A stretch of 64,000 nt of DNA, from NCBI RefSeq assembly GCF_030684315.1, contig NC_081382.1, positions 12,091,267 to 12,155,266 of the forward strand, written 5' to 3'. Under the pieces are notes generated by a model that was not told the origin of the DNA, did not search any database, and saw only the letters and a program-made list of their open reading frames with translations. Below are positions 1 through 12,544 of the stretch, piece after piece (the stretch's first letter is position 1; each line of letters begins with the position of its first letter). Position numbers and translations under genes: made by a program. This DNA is from Stegostoma tigrinum (lineage: Eukaryota).

Positions 1-257
1 AGAGTGGAAGCAGACCATTCAGCCCATTGAGGCCATGCTGGCCCTTCAGAGAGCATCCCATCCAAACCCTTCCCGTGCATGGCTAATTCACATAACCTGC
101 ACATCTTTAGACGGCTGGAGGAAACTAGAGCACCTGGAGGAAACCCAAACAGGCACAAGGAGAATGTGCAAATTCCACACAGATAGTGGCTAAATGTGGA
201 ACTGAAAGTGGGTTCCTGGCACTCTGAAGCAGCAGGGCTAACCACTGAGCCACTGTG
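1..257 (-). mobile_element. HE1-like V-SINE (tRNA head, V domain, LINE-derived tail), cut by window edge
   Basis: The reverse complement begins CAGTGGCTCAGTGGTTAGCCCTGCTGC (A-box-like) and contains the V-domain core TGTGTGGAATTTGCACATTCTCC...GGGTTTCCTCCAGGTGCTC...AAAGATGTGCAGGTTA. Similar copies are at 8.3 and 14.7 kb. Confidence 0.8.
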
Positions 258-1565
258 TGTCCATGATGTTTGCATACTGATGAGATGGGTCAAATACGCA
301 AGAGTGTGTGCTCACACACAGTCAATAACAGGTGGGCAGATAGAGAGCACATGGATTTTTGCACCAATCTGCAGTCAACACTGCTTTAATTGCACTTTGT
401 CAATATGGAACACAATTTTTCGACTATCTTTCTCTTCTAACCTCCCATCACAGTTATAAATAAATTTCTCATCTCCTCAGCACTCCGACATCCAATATAA
501 CCTACTCGAAAGGATCAAAAGCTAATCACTGGTTAGTTGCTGGGTGACTTTTTCTGGCTGTCATTGCAATTCTTTGAGTGTTTGTATTTCCTATATTGTT
601 CCAAGCCATGAGAATCTATAGGGAGTCGTATGGCAGGTACTGAAGGAATTATTGCTGACTTCAAGCATTCTGCAGAAATCAGCAGCTCCCAGATACAGAT
701 GCACCAGGAACAATTTCCTTTAGAAAATAGCCATGATTTGGTGAGATAACTGAGACCACTCAAAGCACAGAAAGCTGCGAGAAAAGGGAGGGGAGGGGGA
801 GCGTTCCTAGATGGATACTATATTTACACAGGATGTACAGAAAGCAAATCTCATGACTTTATACGAGTGCTGGCCATTGCATAAGAATGTCCTCACTGAA
901 AATCATCATTTGTTGTAACTGTAACTGGAAACTCAGATCAGAGCAATGATTACATTGCTAGCGGCTATGAGTTTGTATACATCCTCACTCAAATTTTGAA
1001 TAAGAAATGTCACTGAGTTTCTCCATTGAAAAGGAGCTGACTATATTTCCATTTTACCAGAGACAAGAAAGACAGAGTGAGGATAATATTGCATTAAGAT
1101 TATAGTTTTCTCCTCAGCGAAAGGTGCTGGCGACTGAACATGTATCTCTTTTGCAGGTATCACATGTTGCCTTCAAGGAGAACTCATTGTCCCTCAATGT
1201 CCAGCTAGTGATAGGCAGAGTACATTGGAGGTCAATGTCTCATATCCTGGCAGCAGTCATGGCGTCATTATCATGCAGCTGTAACTGAGAGAAGGTTAAA
1301 AAAAAAGGTCTCTCACGTCAAGACCCCATCAGGAATTGCTGAAAGTTAAAGCAAAAGCCCTGTTCATACAGTTGGGAGTTTGATCACACCCATTCAGGCT
1401 GTTTCTAGTATTCCAAGCTTTGAAGTGAACACCCAAAGCTTCACAAGTTTTTAATCTTCTCATACATTGTTTGGCATTCTGCCTTAAACCCTCTCCTGAA
1501 CAAAAACCAGGACAAAATAACCTCCTAATTCCACAACATTAACACAAAGGTTAAACAAAAACACA

Positions 1566-1910
1566 ATGGAGATGTTCAAAACTATGAAGGAGATGGATAA
1601 CAGCTATGAGGGGAATTTGATGAAGATTATTAATCAAAGCGCAATAGTAATTACCAAAGGAGCCCGGGGTGAAATGAAGAGATTTTTCTTGAACTCCAGT
1701 TGCTATGCTCTGACGCACACTGCTGAAGAAACCAATGGAACTAGATTTAATAGTAACTCACAGAAGGGGATTGGATAAATTGTTGAAGGAGAAACCCTTT
1801 GATGGGCTATGGAGAAAGGGTAGGAGATGGAGATAGGTTGCTTATTTCAAGACCTGGTGCAGGTGTGATGGGCTGAGTGGCCTTTCCCTCTGCTGTAATG
1901 TTTTATTATT
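1566..1910 (+). mobile_element. Old CR1-clade LINE 3' fragment
   Basis: MEMFKTMKEMD resembles the CR1 ORF2 C-terminal IEVYKIMRGID motif. The fragment ends in GATGGGCTGAGTGGCCTTTCCCTCTGCTGTAA, a CR1-type 3' UTR. Confidence 0.55.
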
Positions 1911-4900
1911 CCTGCTGCTTTACATAGTAAAATCTGAATCATATTGTTGATTTGCATTCAAAGTTAGATCCATTTAATTGTTTCTCTCTTGCTACAATTA
2001 ATCAGATTTATCATTTCCACTGGAAGAGTTTTCTACATGTGTGGTAAACTAATAATTTAATGGGTTTGCCGCTATACTGCTTGAACAATTTAAATACAAG
2101 TGTTCGAACATAAGCAACTGACATGAGAATAGTGTCAAATAGCTTCAAAGCTGGTTCAACTCAAAGTACAGACTAACACAACATTGCAAATCCATGAAAA
2201 CCTTTTACAGTTTTTCGATATCTAACCCAGTTGCTCAGCAAGACCGACAGTTCTCTTTGATGGTCCACAAGTGTATATTAGGATAATTCCTCTACAATAT
2301 CCAGTGTTAATTCCCAGAATTTCCATCAGTCTCCCCAAACTACCTACATAATGACTACCTGATTATGCAAGTGCTGGATCTCTCTTTGGCAGTACAGGTT
2401 GAAGTTTTGAAAGTTTTCAATGCAATGATGCTCCGGTGAAGCATGAAAAGCAATGCAATGATTGTTTTTTCTGTCATTCTTCGCCAAAGCAGCATCGACT
2501 TTATTCATGAAAATTTCTATGGAAGCAAACAGTATAACTATGACTTGAACTCATGCTTGCAAACCCACGTACACTTCATTCAAAGCCAGCCTTAGAAAAT
2601 GCAGCATTTTTATTGATTCAACTGTTTGAAGGTGTGTGTTAAATGTGATCTATCCTTCAGTTAAGGAACTATCTTGGGACTGGAGCGTGAGCATGATGAG
2701 CATGCCATCCACTTGGATTAACAGTAATTCTTTCACACTTGATCCAAAATTTAGTTGTTCGCAATGATTTGTTTTTTTTTCTATTATGTCTTCTCATATT
2801 GGCTTTTGTTTGGATACTTTTTATTTCCTTTGGTGAAATCATTGGGAGTGCTGAACCAACTGTTATTGAAAATGCTAATAATGACAGCCAAGCTATTAAA
2901 TACTGAATTGAACTTTACGTGTACTCAATAATAAATTGCTAGAATGGAGAAGAATCAGCAGTAGTCAGAGCCCATATGTCCCATGCATCAGAATTGTGGA
3001 TGCATATATTTGACAAAGCATAACATTGACTAGTAGTCTTATTAGTAGTCCTATTATGGGCAAGAATCAAGGGGTATGAGTGGACAAAGAAGTAATCAGA
3101 GCCAAAATAATTTAGACAAATTGCGAGATTAAAGTTAAGCCAGAATTAGATCAATATATTCCTTCATTCTTGACCTGAGAGAGCCATCTATGTTTCAGTG
3201 AGAAAGCTTCCAATCAGTTCTAATAGACTAAGGTCAAAATTAGAAGATTTGATGTGCGATCTGGTGCAATGAAGAATCCCCATTTAGCTTTGGAATTGAG
3301 GCTACATTGTAATAATGCAAAATTTAAATGATCCATGAAATCAAATGTATAGAAGATGCCATTATTAGCTAAAGCTATTATTCTTGCAAAACATGAAACC
3401 AGCAAAAATATTAGAAAATAAGAAAATTAGAAAACATAATGGAATTTTTGATGAAACAAAATAAGCAATATTAAAAAATATGTAGAAAATCTGAAATAAA
3501 AATTAGTATAGTGCTAATATTTGCTTTCAATTTGAGACAACTTACTGGAGGAATAGTTGTTTTGATTGATTCCTGTTCTGAGAATGCACAAATGAAGTGA
3601 GATTCAGGTACATTAACTAGTGTTGCTATCCCTCCAGTGATCAGAGTTGATGTGGTATGAAAATAAATTTTGTGAATTGTTCATCACTTCATGTAGACTG
3701 CAACGGGGATAATGAATCACCAGTAAAGAGGTTATAGGATAAATTCAGGTTTTTGGAGCAAGGTCAATTTTTGCAACAAGGAGACATCAAGTCAGATCAG
3801 TTCACAGTAAACTGAAACTCTTTAAATGCCTCATATTATCATGGAATTTTTCAATCATTCCATTGTTGCTATTTTTCACTGCAGTTTTATCAGAAAGAGC
3901 AATTCTTTACAATATATCATCATTTAGTTTTGTTATTTCTTGCCTAGCATGCTCTTTTTATACAGTATAGAATTGTAATCATGTATATTTCATTTTCTGT
4001 TTCATTAGGTGTTTCAGCAAGTTTGCGGGTGGAACAATGCAAAACAAAATAAGCACAGCTTTAATCTAATCATGATGAGATACTGTATTTGTTGTCATTT
4101 CTGAACAAGTGGAGAGACAAGGAGCCAGAGATAATCACCAGCGCTCAAAGACCAGGAGAGAGGAGAACTCAGAAACCAAGAGAAGTGAACAAGACCTAAA
4201 AGAACAGGGAAGTGATAGACCCAGAGGTGGTTAATATGACTGAAAAGAGTGGGAGAGGAACATACAGAAACCAAGAGAGAATCACCATGAAATAAAGGAG
4301 TTGGAGAGAGGAGGACCCAGGGACAGTCAGTGTAACTGAAAAAAAAACCCTCCAAAAGAGGTCAGGTAACAGAAAAGCAATTTTTATTTTTAATTGAAAA
4401 AGTGGAATTTCGTAAGCAATCACTGCATTATTGAGTATTTGATCATGAGTTGAGCACATATTGCATGTGTTTCTTGGAAAGAAGAAGGCCATCAATGAAG
4501 CAGCGAACGGAGAGACAGGTCACTATCACAACAGGCTCAGACTCTACACCACCTGGAGACCTCTCCTGTATCCTTTGCTCAAACTCAGTCAGGGGTTTAG
4601 TTGCCAGGTTAGTCACGTCAGTATCCAGTCCAAGTGAGGTCTTGCCATCCTATTTCAATCCACCTTCACTCCCAGCCTCTCAAAAACAACAGCTGCATGA
4701 GGAGAGAAGGGAAAATAAAAACGTCACCGTAAAACTGTGAGTTGATTGGTCGTTGAGCAGCTGATGTTAGAGATTGTGTTTCAATTCCGGTAATTTTGAA
4801 TAATGTAAATTTTATAAATTAGCACATGGAAAATAAGAACTCACATTTTTGGATTTTGGAATGCTAACAGTGGTGAGAGTAGCTGAGGTGCTTGACAGTC

Positions 4901-5499
4901 TATCTAGTTTCTATTTAAGTTGTTGAAAGTGTAGAAAATAAGGGATATAAACATCTCCTCAAACCACTGGTAAATGAATATGAATATATTATGAAGACAG
5001 TGCCTACCACTTATAAAATTATCATGTGAAATGGACGATCAACTACATCAGCTATAATACAAGAAAGTGAGCTATTGTATATATTTCAGAGCTGCCTATT
5101 GTATGTTAAGTGCTTCATTTAATTTGGGCCGAATGAAATGCTTACTTGTTATTTCACACCTCAAGACATCGAGCCTGTCTTTCATTACTTTTTTTTCTCT
5201 TGCTTTATTGCGATCTCAGCTACGGACGCTTTTAGCACATGCTGCAATGTGAATTGTAAGTGTCTCTCTCTTGCAGCAGGTTTACAATCTCAGTCATCAT
5301 GCTCTCACATGGAGCAAGCCTTTTTGACCACCCCGGGGCAAGAAGTTCCATCGGATGGCTCCAGGTTATAGTATGTGGAACTGACTGTGTCCCTGAGAAT
5401 TTTCTAGAAGACATACATTGTGGGAGATGATTTTGTTTTGTTTTATAGATGACATCACATTTTATTGTCCATTGTGTTTAATGGGCAAATCAGGTTTAC

Positions 5500-6720
5500 A
5501 GGAACATGCATAGTGCAAACCAGGAGTGCATGTATTACTGCTTGTAGCACCTGGCCAGTTAATGTCAGGAGTTAGTTGGTTTCCAAAAGCAGGATTCCTG
5601 TATAAAAATCTATTCTCATTACTCAAGCCTATTTTATCACTGATACCAACTATCTTCCTTGCAGAAAACAATGCAGCATCCCTTCTACTTGTATTGTCAT
5701 GTCCGTGTCTTCCACAAGAATAAAATTCTTTTATTTCTGCTCAATCCCTTTCTTATCCTGGAACATGAAGTTTTCTATCATCGTATGTCACCAGCTGATT
5801 ACTAAATGTTTCTTTTTTGAGACTTTTTAAAAGATTCTTCTTGACCATAATAACATTACCAAAGGCTTGTGATCTATCTCAACCGCGAGTTTTAGTCCTA
5901 TGATGTTGTTTGTGAACCATTTACGACACCATGTAACAGCTAGCACTTCTTTCTCTAAGTTTGCACACCAGTGCTCAGTTTCTTTCAAGTTCTTCGGTGT
6001 ACAATGGACTGTACTTTAAGTTACTTCACTTTGTACTTAAACAGTAATTGTAACTAGCCATTTGTACGATGCACTCGAAATTACTATATTCAATAAACCC
6101 GGGTTTCATTGTACTAAATGATCAGAAAAGTAGCTCCTCTGTAATCATTTCATAAAGTTGCAGCCTGTTCCTGATTTTCATCTCATCATTTTCTCTTTTC
6201 TTTTCAAAAGGTCTCTTGGAGATTGAGTAAAACTGACTCACTCAAGGATAAAGTTTCCCACCTGAGTCATTGTGCCGAAAAGCACTGTATATTGTTTATG
6301 CAGTTCTGAGCTGGAAACTCACTGATGAGTCTTAAATTCCTTGGATCAACCATGATCTCTGATCATATGATCCAGAAATGTAATTGTCTCACTGCAGAAT
6401 TTGTACTTCTCATTTCCTGTAAGGTCAGTGTTCCATTAATTCTCGAACATAATATCTGATTCTCTGGTCATTCTTTTTCTTTATTTTACCACGCACTAAG
6501 ATATCATCCTTACAGCATATAGATTCCTGTCTCCCTTTGAGGAGTTTGGACATTGGCTTTTGGGTAATCTCTGGTGCGGAAGAGATCCCAAATGGTAGAC
6601 TGTTGAAACAATGATTTCTGAATGTTGTGCTAAGATCCCAGCTGATGCAATTGTTGGACTAGTCAAATTCCAGGTGGAAAGCCAACTTGATAAGTCATAA
6701 TTTATTTTTATTTTAATGGG
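5500..6720 (-). pseudogene. Degenerate Ty3/Gypsy pol fragment (RT, RNase H, possibly start of integrase region)
   Basis: Manual minus-strand translation across stops and frameshifts gives CFNSLPFGISSAPEITQKPMSKLL..CKDDILV (RT), EKYKFCSETITFLDH, VISSASYKWL (ADAS-like) and ETEHWCANLEKEVLAVTW..IIGLKLAVEIDHKPLV (RNase H). Confidence 0.8.
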
Positions 6721-7699
6721 GTGGTCTCTCACTGAAACATAAGCACACCGTGCTATTGATTTGGATTTAACATTTAAACAGAAGCTCACTACACAAAATA
6801 CGAGGTGGAATAAACTAAGCCATGCACACATAACACTAATTTAAAGATTTTGAAACACATGCTAAAATGCAATTTGATTAATCCCAAAGACACTCCTTTT
6901 GCATGCTCACATCAGAGAGAATCCATTTCTATAAGGCTTAATTTTAATGTATTTCCATCTGACAGCTTCAACCATGTGTTTTCATACAGCTGAGAATACA
7001 TATTCTGAGCTTCAAATATAAACTTCAGTGTATTAACCAAACATTTCTGACCTTGTGCTTTTATACTAAACTCTTCACACTGAGGGAACATCTTACTCGA
7101 CAGTTCTAAACTACCTCTTTTTCTCAGGAGTAAGTGCTTTATACATCTAGCAACTTTAGCAAAGTTGCCCAAATTGAAATTAAAGATTTTTTTCCCTACA
7201 TTATAGATGTTTCACCGAATGAAAATGAAAACAAAAAAAACTCTGACCTCCTGAACTGAACCTGATGTACAACTGTTCACTATATTCATTCATAAATCCC
7301 TCCAAACTGAACACAGTTCAATTGTCTCCCCACATTGTCTCTTTCAGATTGCTTTTTATAAATAGAGATCATCTTGGCTACCAAAATATCAAGAAGTTGA
7401 ATTAAATAATTTAATTTAGCTATTAAATTAAATAATTTAAAACAATCATTAAAACTTCAGACACAGAAAACCCAAACGCCTCTCGTTCAAACGTCAAAAA
7501 TACAAAATAAAATATGTTAAAATATGTATTGTAAAGACACTTATAAAAAAGAAATCTGTATTTTTGATTGTGCAGGAAAGAGGGACAGAACTGTTCTGTA
7601 AACCAAGGATTGTTGAAGTATGCTACACCTTTTAAAAAAAACCTGGCAACCATTTTAAGTACTGTTTACACACCTGTTTTTTTAAGTATGAAGGGAAAC

Positions 7700-7803
7700 C
7701 CAGGGAAACACAGGAATTGTTGGAGAAAACAATCAGGCCTGGAAGAATCTGTGAAAAGAAAGCAAAGTTAATGTTTCAGGTACACTGACCCTACTTCAGA
7801 ACC
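7700..7803 (-). mobile_element. Old PLE terminal fragment with a degenerate hammerhead motif
   Basis: Reverse complement TTCTGAAGTAGGGTCAGTGTACCTGAAACATTAAC, similar to the elements at 11.4 and 31.6 kb. Confidence 0.5.
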
Positions 7804-8304
7804 TCAATGGAAGCCTACTTTACAGATGAGCTGGAGACAAGCAGTGTGTTGAATGAACCTTTGGCTCATGATGAATAGCTGTTTGGTCTGTGGGCTAGTG
7901 GCCACTTATCCTTGACAAAGCCCTTGTTACAACACAGCGACAGACAGCTGAACCAAATGAACCTTTCTACCTCTGTATTCACAGCACTGTAAAATTAAAC
8001 CATTGAAGACCACCAACATGTACTTCAAAGGACCTAACAAAACTTTTGAAAAACCAAAATCCTAAACTTTGTGAATAATTATTTCCAGCTACTGGTGTGT
8101 ACCTGAAACAAAAGTCTTAATGAATTATTAAATACAAATAACTTTAGCAGAGAGAAAAATAAATGAAACAACAAGGCAATCTGACCAATGTCAGATCCCA
8201 TTCATATCGAAGGTAGTCTAACTAAATGAGTTTATGGATGAATAAAAGAAATTAGCAAACTGGCCAGATTGCTTAAATGGTTTTGTGATGTATTGTTTCA
8301 CAAA

Positions 8305-8583
8305 CATAGAATCTTGGAATCCCTACAGTGCACAAAGAGGTCATTGAGTCCACACTGACCCTCTAAAGAGAATCCCATCCAGACCCAACTGCCCCCACTC
8401 TCTCCTCTTAACCTTACATTTATCACGGCTAACCTACCTAACCTGCACATCTTTGGACAACGGAAGGAAACTCACGCAAACACAAGGAGAATGTGCAAGT
8501 TCCAGTCACCTAGGCAAAAAGTGAAACCTGTGTCCCTGGTTCTGTGAGCTTGCAGTACTAGCCGTTGAGCCACCATGCCACCC
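8305..8583 (-). mobile_element. HE1-like V-SINE
   Basis: Same blocks as the copy at 1-257 (CCTAACCTGCACATCTTTGGAC, GGAGAATGTGCAAG, GAGCCACCATGCCACC). Confidence 0.75.
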
Positions 8584-9957
8584 ATACTTTGTTTTTTTGA
8601 ACCACTGACAAAGGTCACTTTTTCAGTTTACTCACAAAGTGCTTCTTCTGACTCACCTTTCTAATTTTTGGACTTCCAGTAGTTGGTGTCGGAGTTTAGG
8701 CAGAAAGCTTTCAAATCTTCATGTTGTGTTATCAGCAGTCAAAATGATCTCCTGCATAAAATAAGATTCAAACACCATTTCAACTGTCGTCCTGCCCGAA
8801 TGGACTGAAAGTCCTTTCCTTAGGTTTCATTTACCATTCAACATCTGCCATCTATTTGGACATAAAGCCTCTTCCGGGCTTACCAGAACTAACTCCCAGA
8901 TAATGCCCTTGTTAGTAGCCAACGTTTGTTATCAGTTGAAACACAATGCTCTTCCTGGGATCGCTGCCTCTACAGGAACTCTTTTGATCAATTAACTTAC
9001 AGGCTAGGCCTTACAAACAACAAAACCTTGTTTGGTCTGTTCTTTTCCTTTTACAATTAACTGACTCACAACGTCAACAAGTCATTCTCGGCTACAAACT
9101 AAAATGGCAAAAAAGAATAAGAATGTAGACAATGAACAATTAACAAAGGTTTGACCACCTCCAACCTGCCAGCAATTACATGATAGGGTCCTCATATCTG
9201 AACAGCTTGAAGGTGTGAACATTTTGGCAGAAACCATTGGAGCTCTAGACGAGAAGCAATTATGTTTGCTCTGCAGTTAAAAACATTACAAACCTGAAGA
9301 CAGCTACTTATTTTCCCATTTTCACTTACTGTAAGGTGTAACTTTCAAAAGGTAAGTAAAAGACTTTTGTAAGCTTGTACCAATCACCCTGTGATTCCTG
9401 TTAGCAAGTGAAAGCATTGGAAGAATGAACTCAGAGAAACAATACTCTGATCAGCAAAAGGATCATCTTTGAAAATCTTCTGAACATGGATGACTGGAAT
9501 ATTTTTCAAACCTCCCTTTCCTTCAAACCACCCATTGTTTTTTTTCTGTCTACATGTGTGTGGAGACAGGGAATTTGTAAGTGAGGGGTTTTAATTAATC
9601 CAGTTATTTGTCAATGGTTTAAAATTCTTTACCTATGTTGTAATAAATTGCCATTTTTATTAAATACAGAAATATATCCATGCTTTCTGTCAACCTGGGC
9701 CAAAAAGATAGGTAAATTGAGAATCCTAAGAAAATCACAGAAGTCTATGACCTTCGTCATCCTTATAGTTTCCATATTTTCCCCAACACACCTATCTAAC
9801 TCTTCAGCTCTCCAGCTGAGCTCTAGACGTACTAATTCAATATGTCTTTCCCTTCAGCATTCTTTCATTCCCCCCAACTGATATATTGACTTGACCTTTT
9901 CATAATTGTTACACCTGCTGAAGTGCAGCAGGCTGCCATCTTTTCCTGTAAAGTATA

Positions 9958-10285
9958 GGCAATGGCCTAGCAGTTTTATCTCTAGACTATTAACCCAGAG
10001 ATCCAGGTCATGTTCTGGAGATCTAGGTGCACATACTGCTATGGTGGATGGTGGAATGTGAATTCATTAATCATCTGGAATAAAGAGTCCAATGACGAGC
10101 ACAACACAATTGCCGACTATCAGTAAATCTCAGTTGGTTCACAAACGTCCTTTAGGGAAGGATATAAACCAAGCCTAGTTGGTCTGTGACTCCAAAACCA
10201 CAATAATGTGTTGGATTCTTAAATGCCCTCTGCACAATTAGGGATGGACAACAAATACTGGTGGTGGCATATCCTTGACCATGAA
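9958..10285 (+). mobile_element. tRNA-derived SINE (second family)
   Basis: Aligns by eye with 61179-61500 (GGCAATGGCCTAG...CCAGAGA.CCAGGT...TGACTC.A.ACC.CA..AATGT) and has a Pol III-like head. Confidence 0.7.
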
Positions 10286-11428
10286 TCACTAGATAGGACC
10301 TCAAACAAAATAAATACAAAGGAAGTCTGGTGGAAGTTATCTGCCTTAAAATAAACCCTTCAGCAGGTAAAACATACTTATGACAAATACCACATGGTAC
10401 CTATTATGGTCATCAGGGAAAAGATCACATTCCTCATAGTGGAAATCAGGAGCAAATTCCTTAATAAAATTAATGACAATGGTTAACATGACAGATGCAG
10501 TGAATAATGAAATAAGAAATACTTCACACCCTAATATCTGTGTCTCAAATTGAACTGAGCTAAATATTACAGAAATTCACTTAGAACAAAAAAGAGCCTC
10601 CATCTCTCACTGATATAGAACTTAATTGCAGTCAATCTGCTACAAAAGCTGTTGTCTTGGCAGGAGGTGGTTTGCATATCTCTTCATCAGTTCCCATAGC
10701 AGCAGCGAAATCCTTGGATGAATGATCATCAAAAGCAGTTTTCCTTTTAGACTCAGCTTCAGTATTGATTTTGGCCTGAAGAGGTCTTCACCAAACCAGA
10801 CTTAAAGTATGGCCTTGATTGTTATTCTTTGTGGATACACAAGTTATTTAGAAATGATGAATAATTGAATTTATTATCCATCAATAGTCTGGCTTTATAA
10901 TCTACCTTTCGTTACAAAACTTTTGATAAATGTCTTTTATTACTAATCTCAAATGCGTTCAAGTCTGTTTTTTTAAACTGTAGAATATCTCCTCACCGGA
11001 CTCTGGAATAATATTTTTATAGAATGCACGTGGAAAAGAATTAGATGAAGCTACCGTGTCAGCACAAACTAACAATGTTCATGGGTTACAAAAGTGCTTG
11101 TACTTTTATGCAGAGATTTCATCATCAAAATGCCTAACAAATTGTTTCCACACTACATAACATTTAATTTAGATATTGTTGTGTACAGAATGAGCACCAA
11201 CCAATAGACCTATTAATGTCATTACTTTGTCCTTCACTTCAACAGAGTCTACACATTAAAAGAATGAAACAAGTGACCTCCAATTGATTCTTCATGGCCT
11301 CAGAGGATCTCATTATCCAACAAAGTACATTGAAGCTGATTTGCAAAACAAACAGCAATGGAACAAAAACAGAAGTTGCTGGAAAAGCTCAGCAGGTTTG
11401 GCAGCAACTGAGAAGGAAAATCAGAGTC

Positions 11429-11457
11429 AACGTTTCGGTCCAGTGACCTTTCCTCAG
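11429..11457 (-). ncRNA. Minimal hammerhead ribozyme motif (PLE type)
   Basis: Reverse complement CTGAGGA-AA-GGTC-ACTG-GACC-GAAAC-GTT: CUGANGA and GAAA cores, a 4-bp stem II and a palindromic AACGTT in place of stem III. Confidence 0.7.
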
Positions 11458-11569
11458 TACTGGTGGTGGCTAGGAAAATGTCAGTTTATATGCAGAAGAT
11501 AGGCTGGGGGAGGGGGATAGGTGGGGCTAGAGCGAAAGAGAGAGAAGAACAGTTAGACAGACAAAGAAA

Positions 11570-11662
11570 GACCCTTCTGAAGAAGGCCCAAAACGTCAGC
11601 TTTCCTGCTCTTCTGATGCTGCTTGGCCTGCCGTGTTCATTTAGCTCTTCACCTTGTTATCT
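11570..11662 (+). mobile_element. Short PLE 3' terminal fragment
   Basis: CTGAAGAAGGCCCAAAACGTCAGCTTTCCTGCTC...GATGCTGCTTGGCCTG..GTGTTCAT matches the terminus of the 46-50 kb elements. AGACAAAG occurs on both sides (possible TSD). Confidence 0.6.
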
Positions 11663-11772
11663 TAGACAAAGGAGTTGATAACAATCTTGCCAGGAGGGTG
11701 AAATGTTGTTAATGGGGGCTGTTACTGACTAACGGTAGGTAGCGTGCAATGGCAGACTATGTGATAACAAGG

Positions 11773-11960
11773 AACAAAAACAAAGTTGCTGGAAAAGCCC
11801 AGCAAGTCTGGCAGTCTATCACAGTTCTGAGCAAGGGTCACCAGATCCGAAACGTTAACTCTGTCTTTGCCTTCTCAGAAGCTGCCAGACCTGCTGATCT
11901 TTCTCAGCAACTTTGTTTTTGTTCCCGATTTACAGCATCCACAGTTCTTTTGGTTTTTAT
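11773..11960. mobile_element. PLE-derived fold-back mini-element with 15-bp TSD
   Basis: Inverted arms AACAAAAACAAAGTTGCTG / CAGCAACTTTGTTTTTGTT and an HHR-like motif at 11827-11856. TATGTGATAACAAGG is duplicated at 11758-11772 and 11961-11975. Confidence 0.8.
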
Positions 11961-12002
11961 TATGTGATAACAAGGTCTGGTGTGTGATGATGTGGCAATG
12001 AC

Positions 12003-12245
12003 TGGACAGTCTAATATTAGGTGTTGATTGTGTTCACTTATTAACTAGGACACCAGGCAGAGTTCCAGTGTTGTTTTAATTGTGGCCTGGGATGGTTAAT
12101 ACTCACATTATAAAACAGACAGAACGTTGCTTTATCATCTAGCAGAAAAGATGGCACCTCCTGCAATGCTGCATTTTCTCAATGCCAGAGTGTAATATCA
12201 GCGTTATTGTTGTACTCATGTTCTTTGAGTGAGACTTCAATCTTT
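12003..12245 (-). mobile_element. Deu-domain SINE (SacSINE1/AmnSINE1-like), old
   Basis: AAAGATGGCACCTCCTGCAATGCTGCA and AGGACACCAGG match the reverse complement of the Deu core as I recall it, and resemble 43878-44283. Confidence 0.55.
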
Positions 12246-12544
12246 AATGTCATGTGATTTCAGCTCAACACTGGACACTGGGGGTTGATTCACTTTCCAG
12301 CTGAGACAGCCTTAAGGCTTGCCTTAACTGGTTATGTTATAATAAAGTCAAGGTGTACCTTCTGATATGGAGATCCTTAGATAATTGACAATACAGCTGG
12401 TGAAGCTGAATGCCACTATTAAAATAATAAGAAAAGGAGCTTTTTCCTTTGCTGGACCAATTGTCATCAGGTCAGTTTGCTAGAAATACCAAAGTACATC
12501 GAAACCAAGATTTATATTGTATGTGAGGAAAGCATAGGTTAGTT

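Larger units (their letters stand above)
11360..11990 (-). mobile_element. Old PLE terminal-repeat remnant hosting two further PLE-derived insertions
   Basis: It begins GAACAAAAACAGAAGTTGCTGGAAAAGCTCAGCAGG, followed by an HHR motif and a purine-rich body, and is interrupted at about 11570 and 11773. Confidence 0.65.

Noticed and set aside
1157-1300. Acceptor-like TCTCTTTTGCAG followed by a short open frame
   Set aside because: No recognisable protein and no convincing donor.
4095-4345. Purine-rich stretch with hydrophobic antisense ORFs (also 17310-17520)
   Set aside because: Low-complexity composition explains the ORFs, and there is no clear repeat unit.
8740-9700. Possible solo LTR-like sequence (also around 18130-19130)
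   Set aside because: I could not define TG..CA ends, a TSD or a partner LTR.
11773-11960. Short hairpins as DNA-transposon MITEs or pre-miRNAs
   Set aside because: The arms are PLE terminal sequence, asymmetric, with long variable TSDs rather than TA or fixed-length TSDs.
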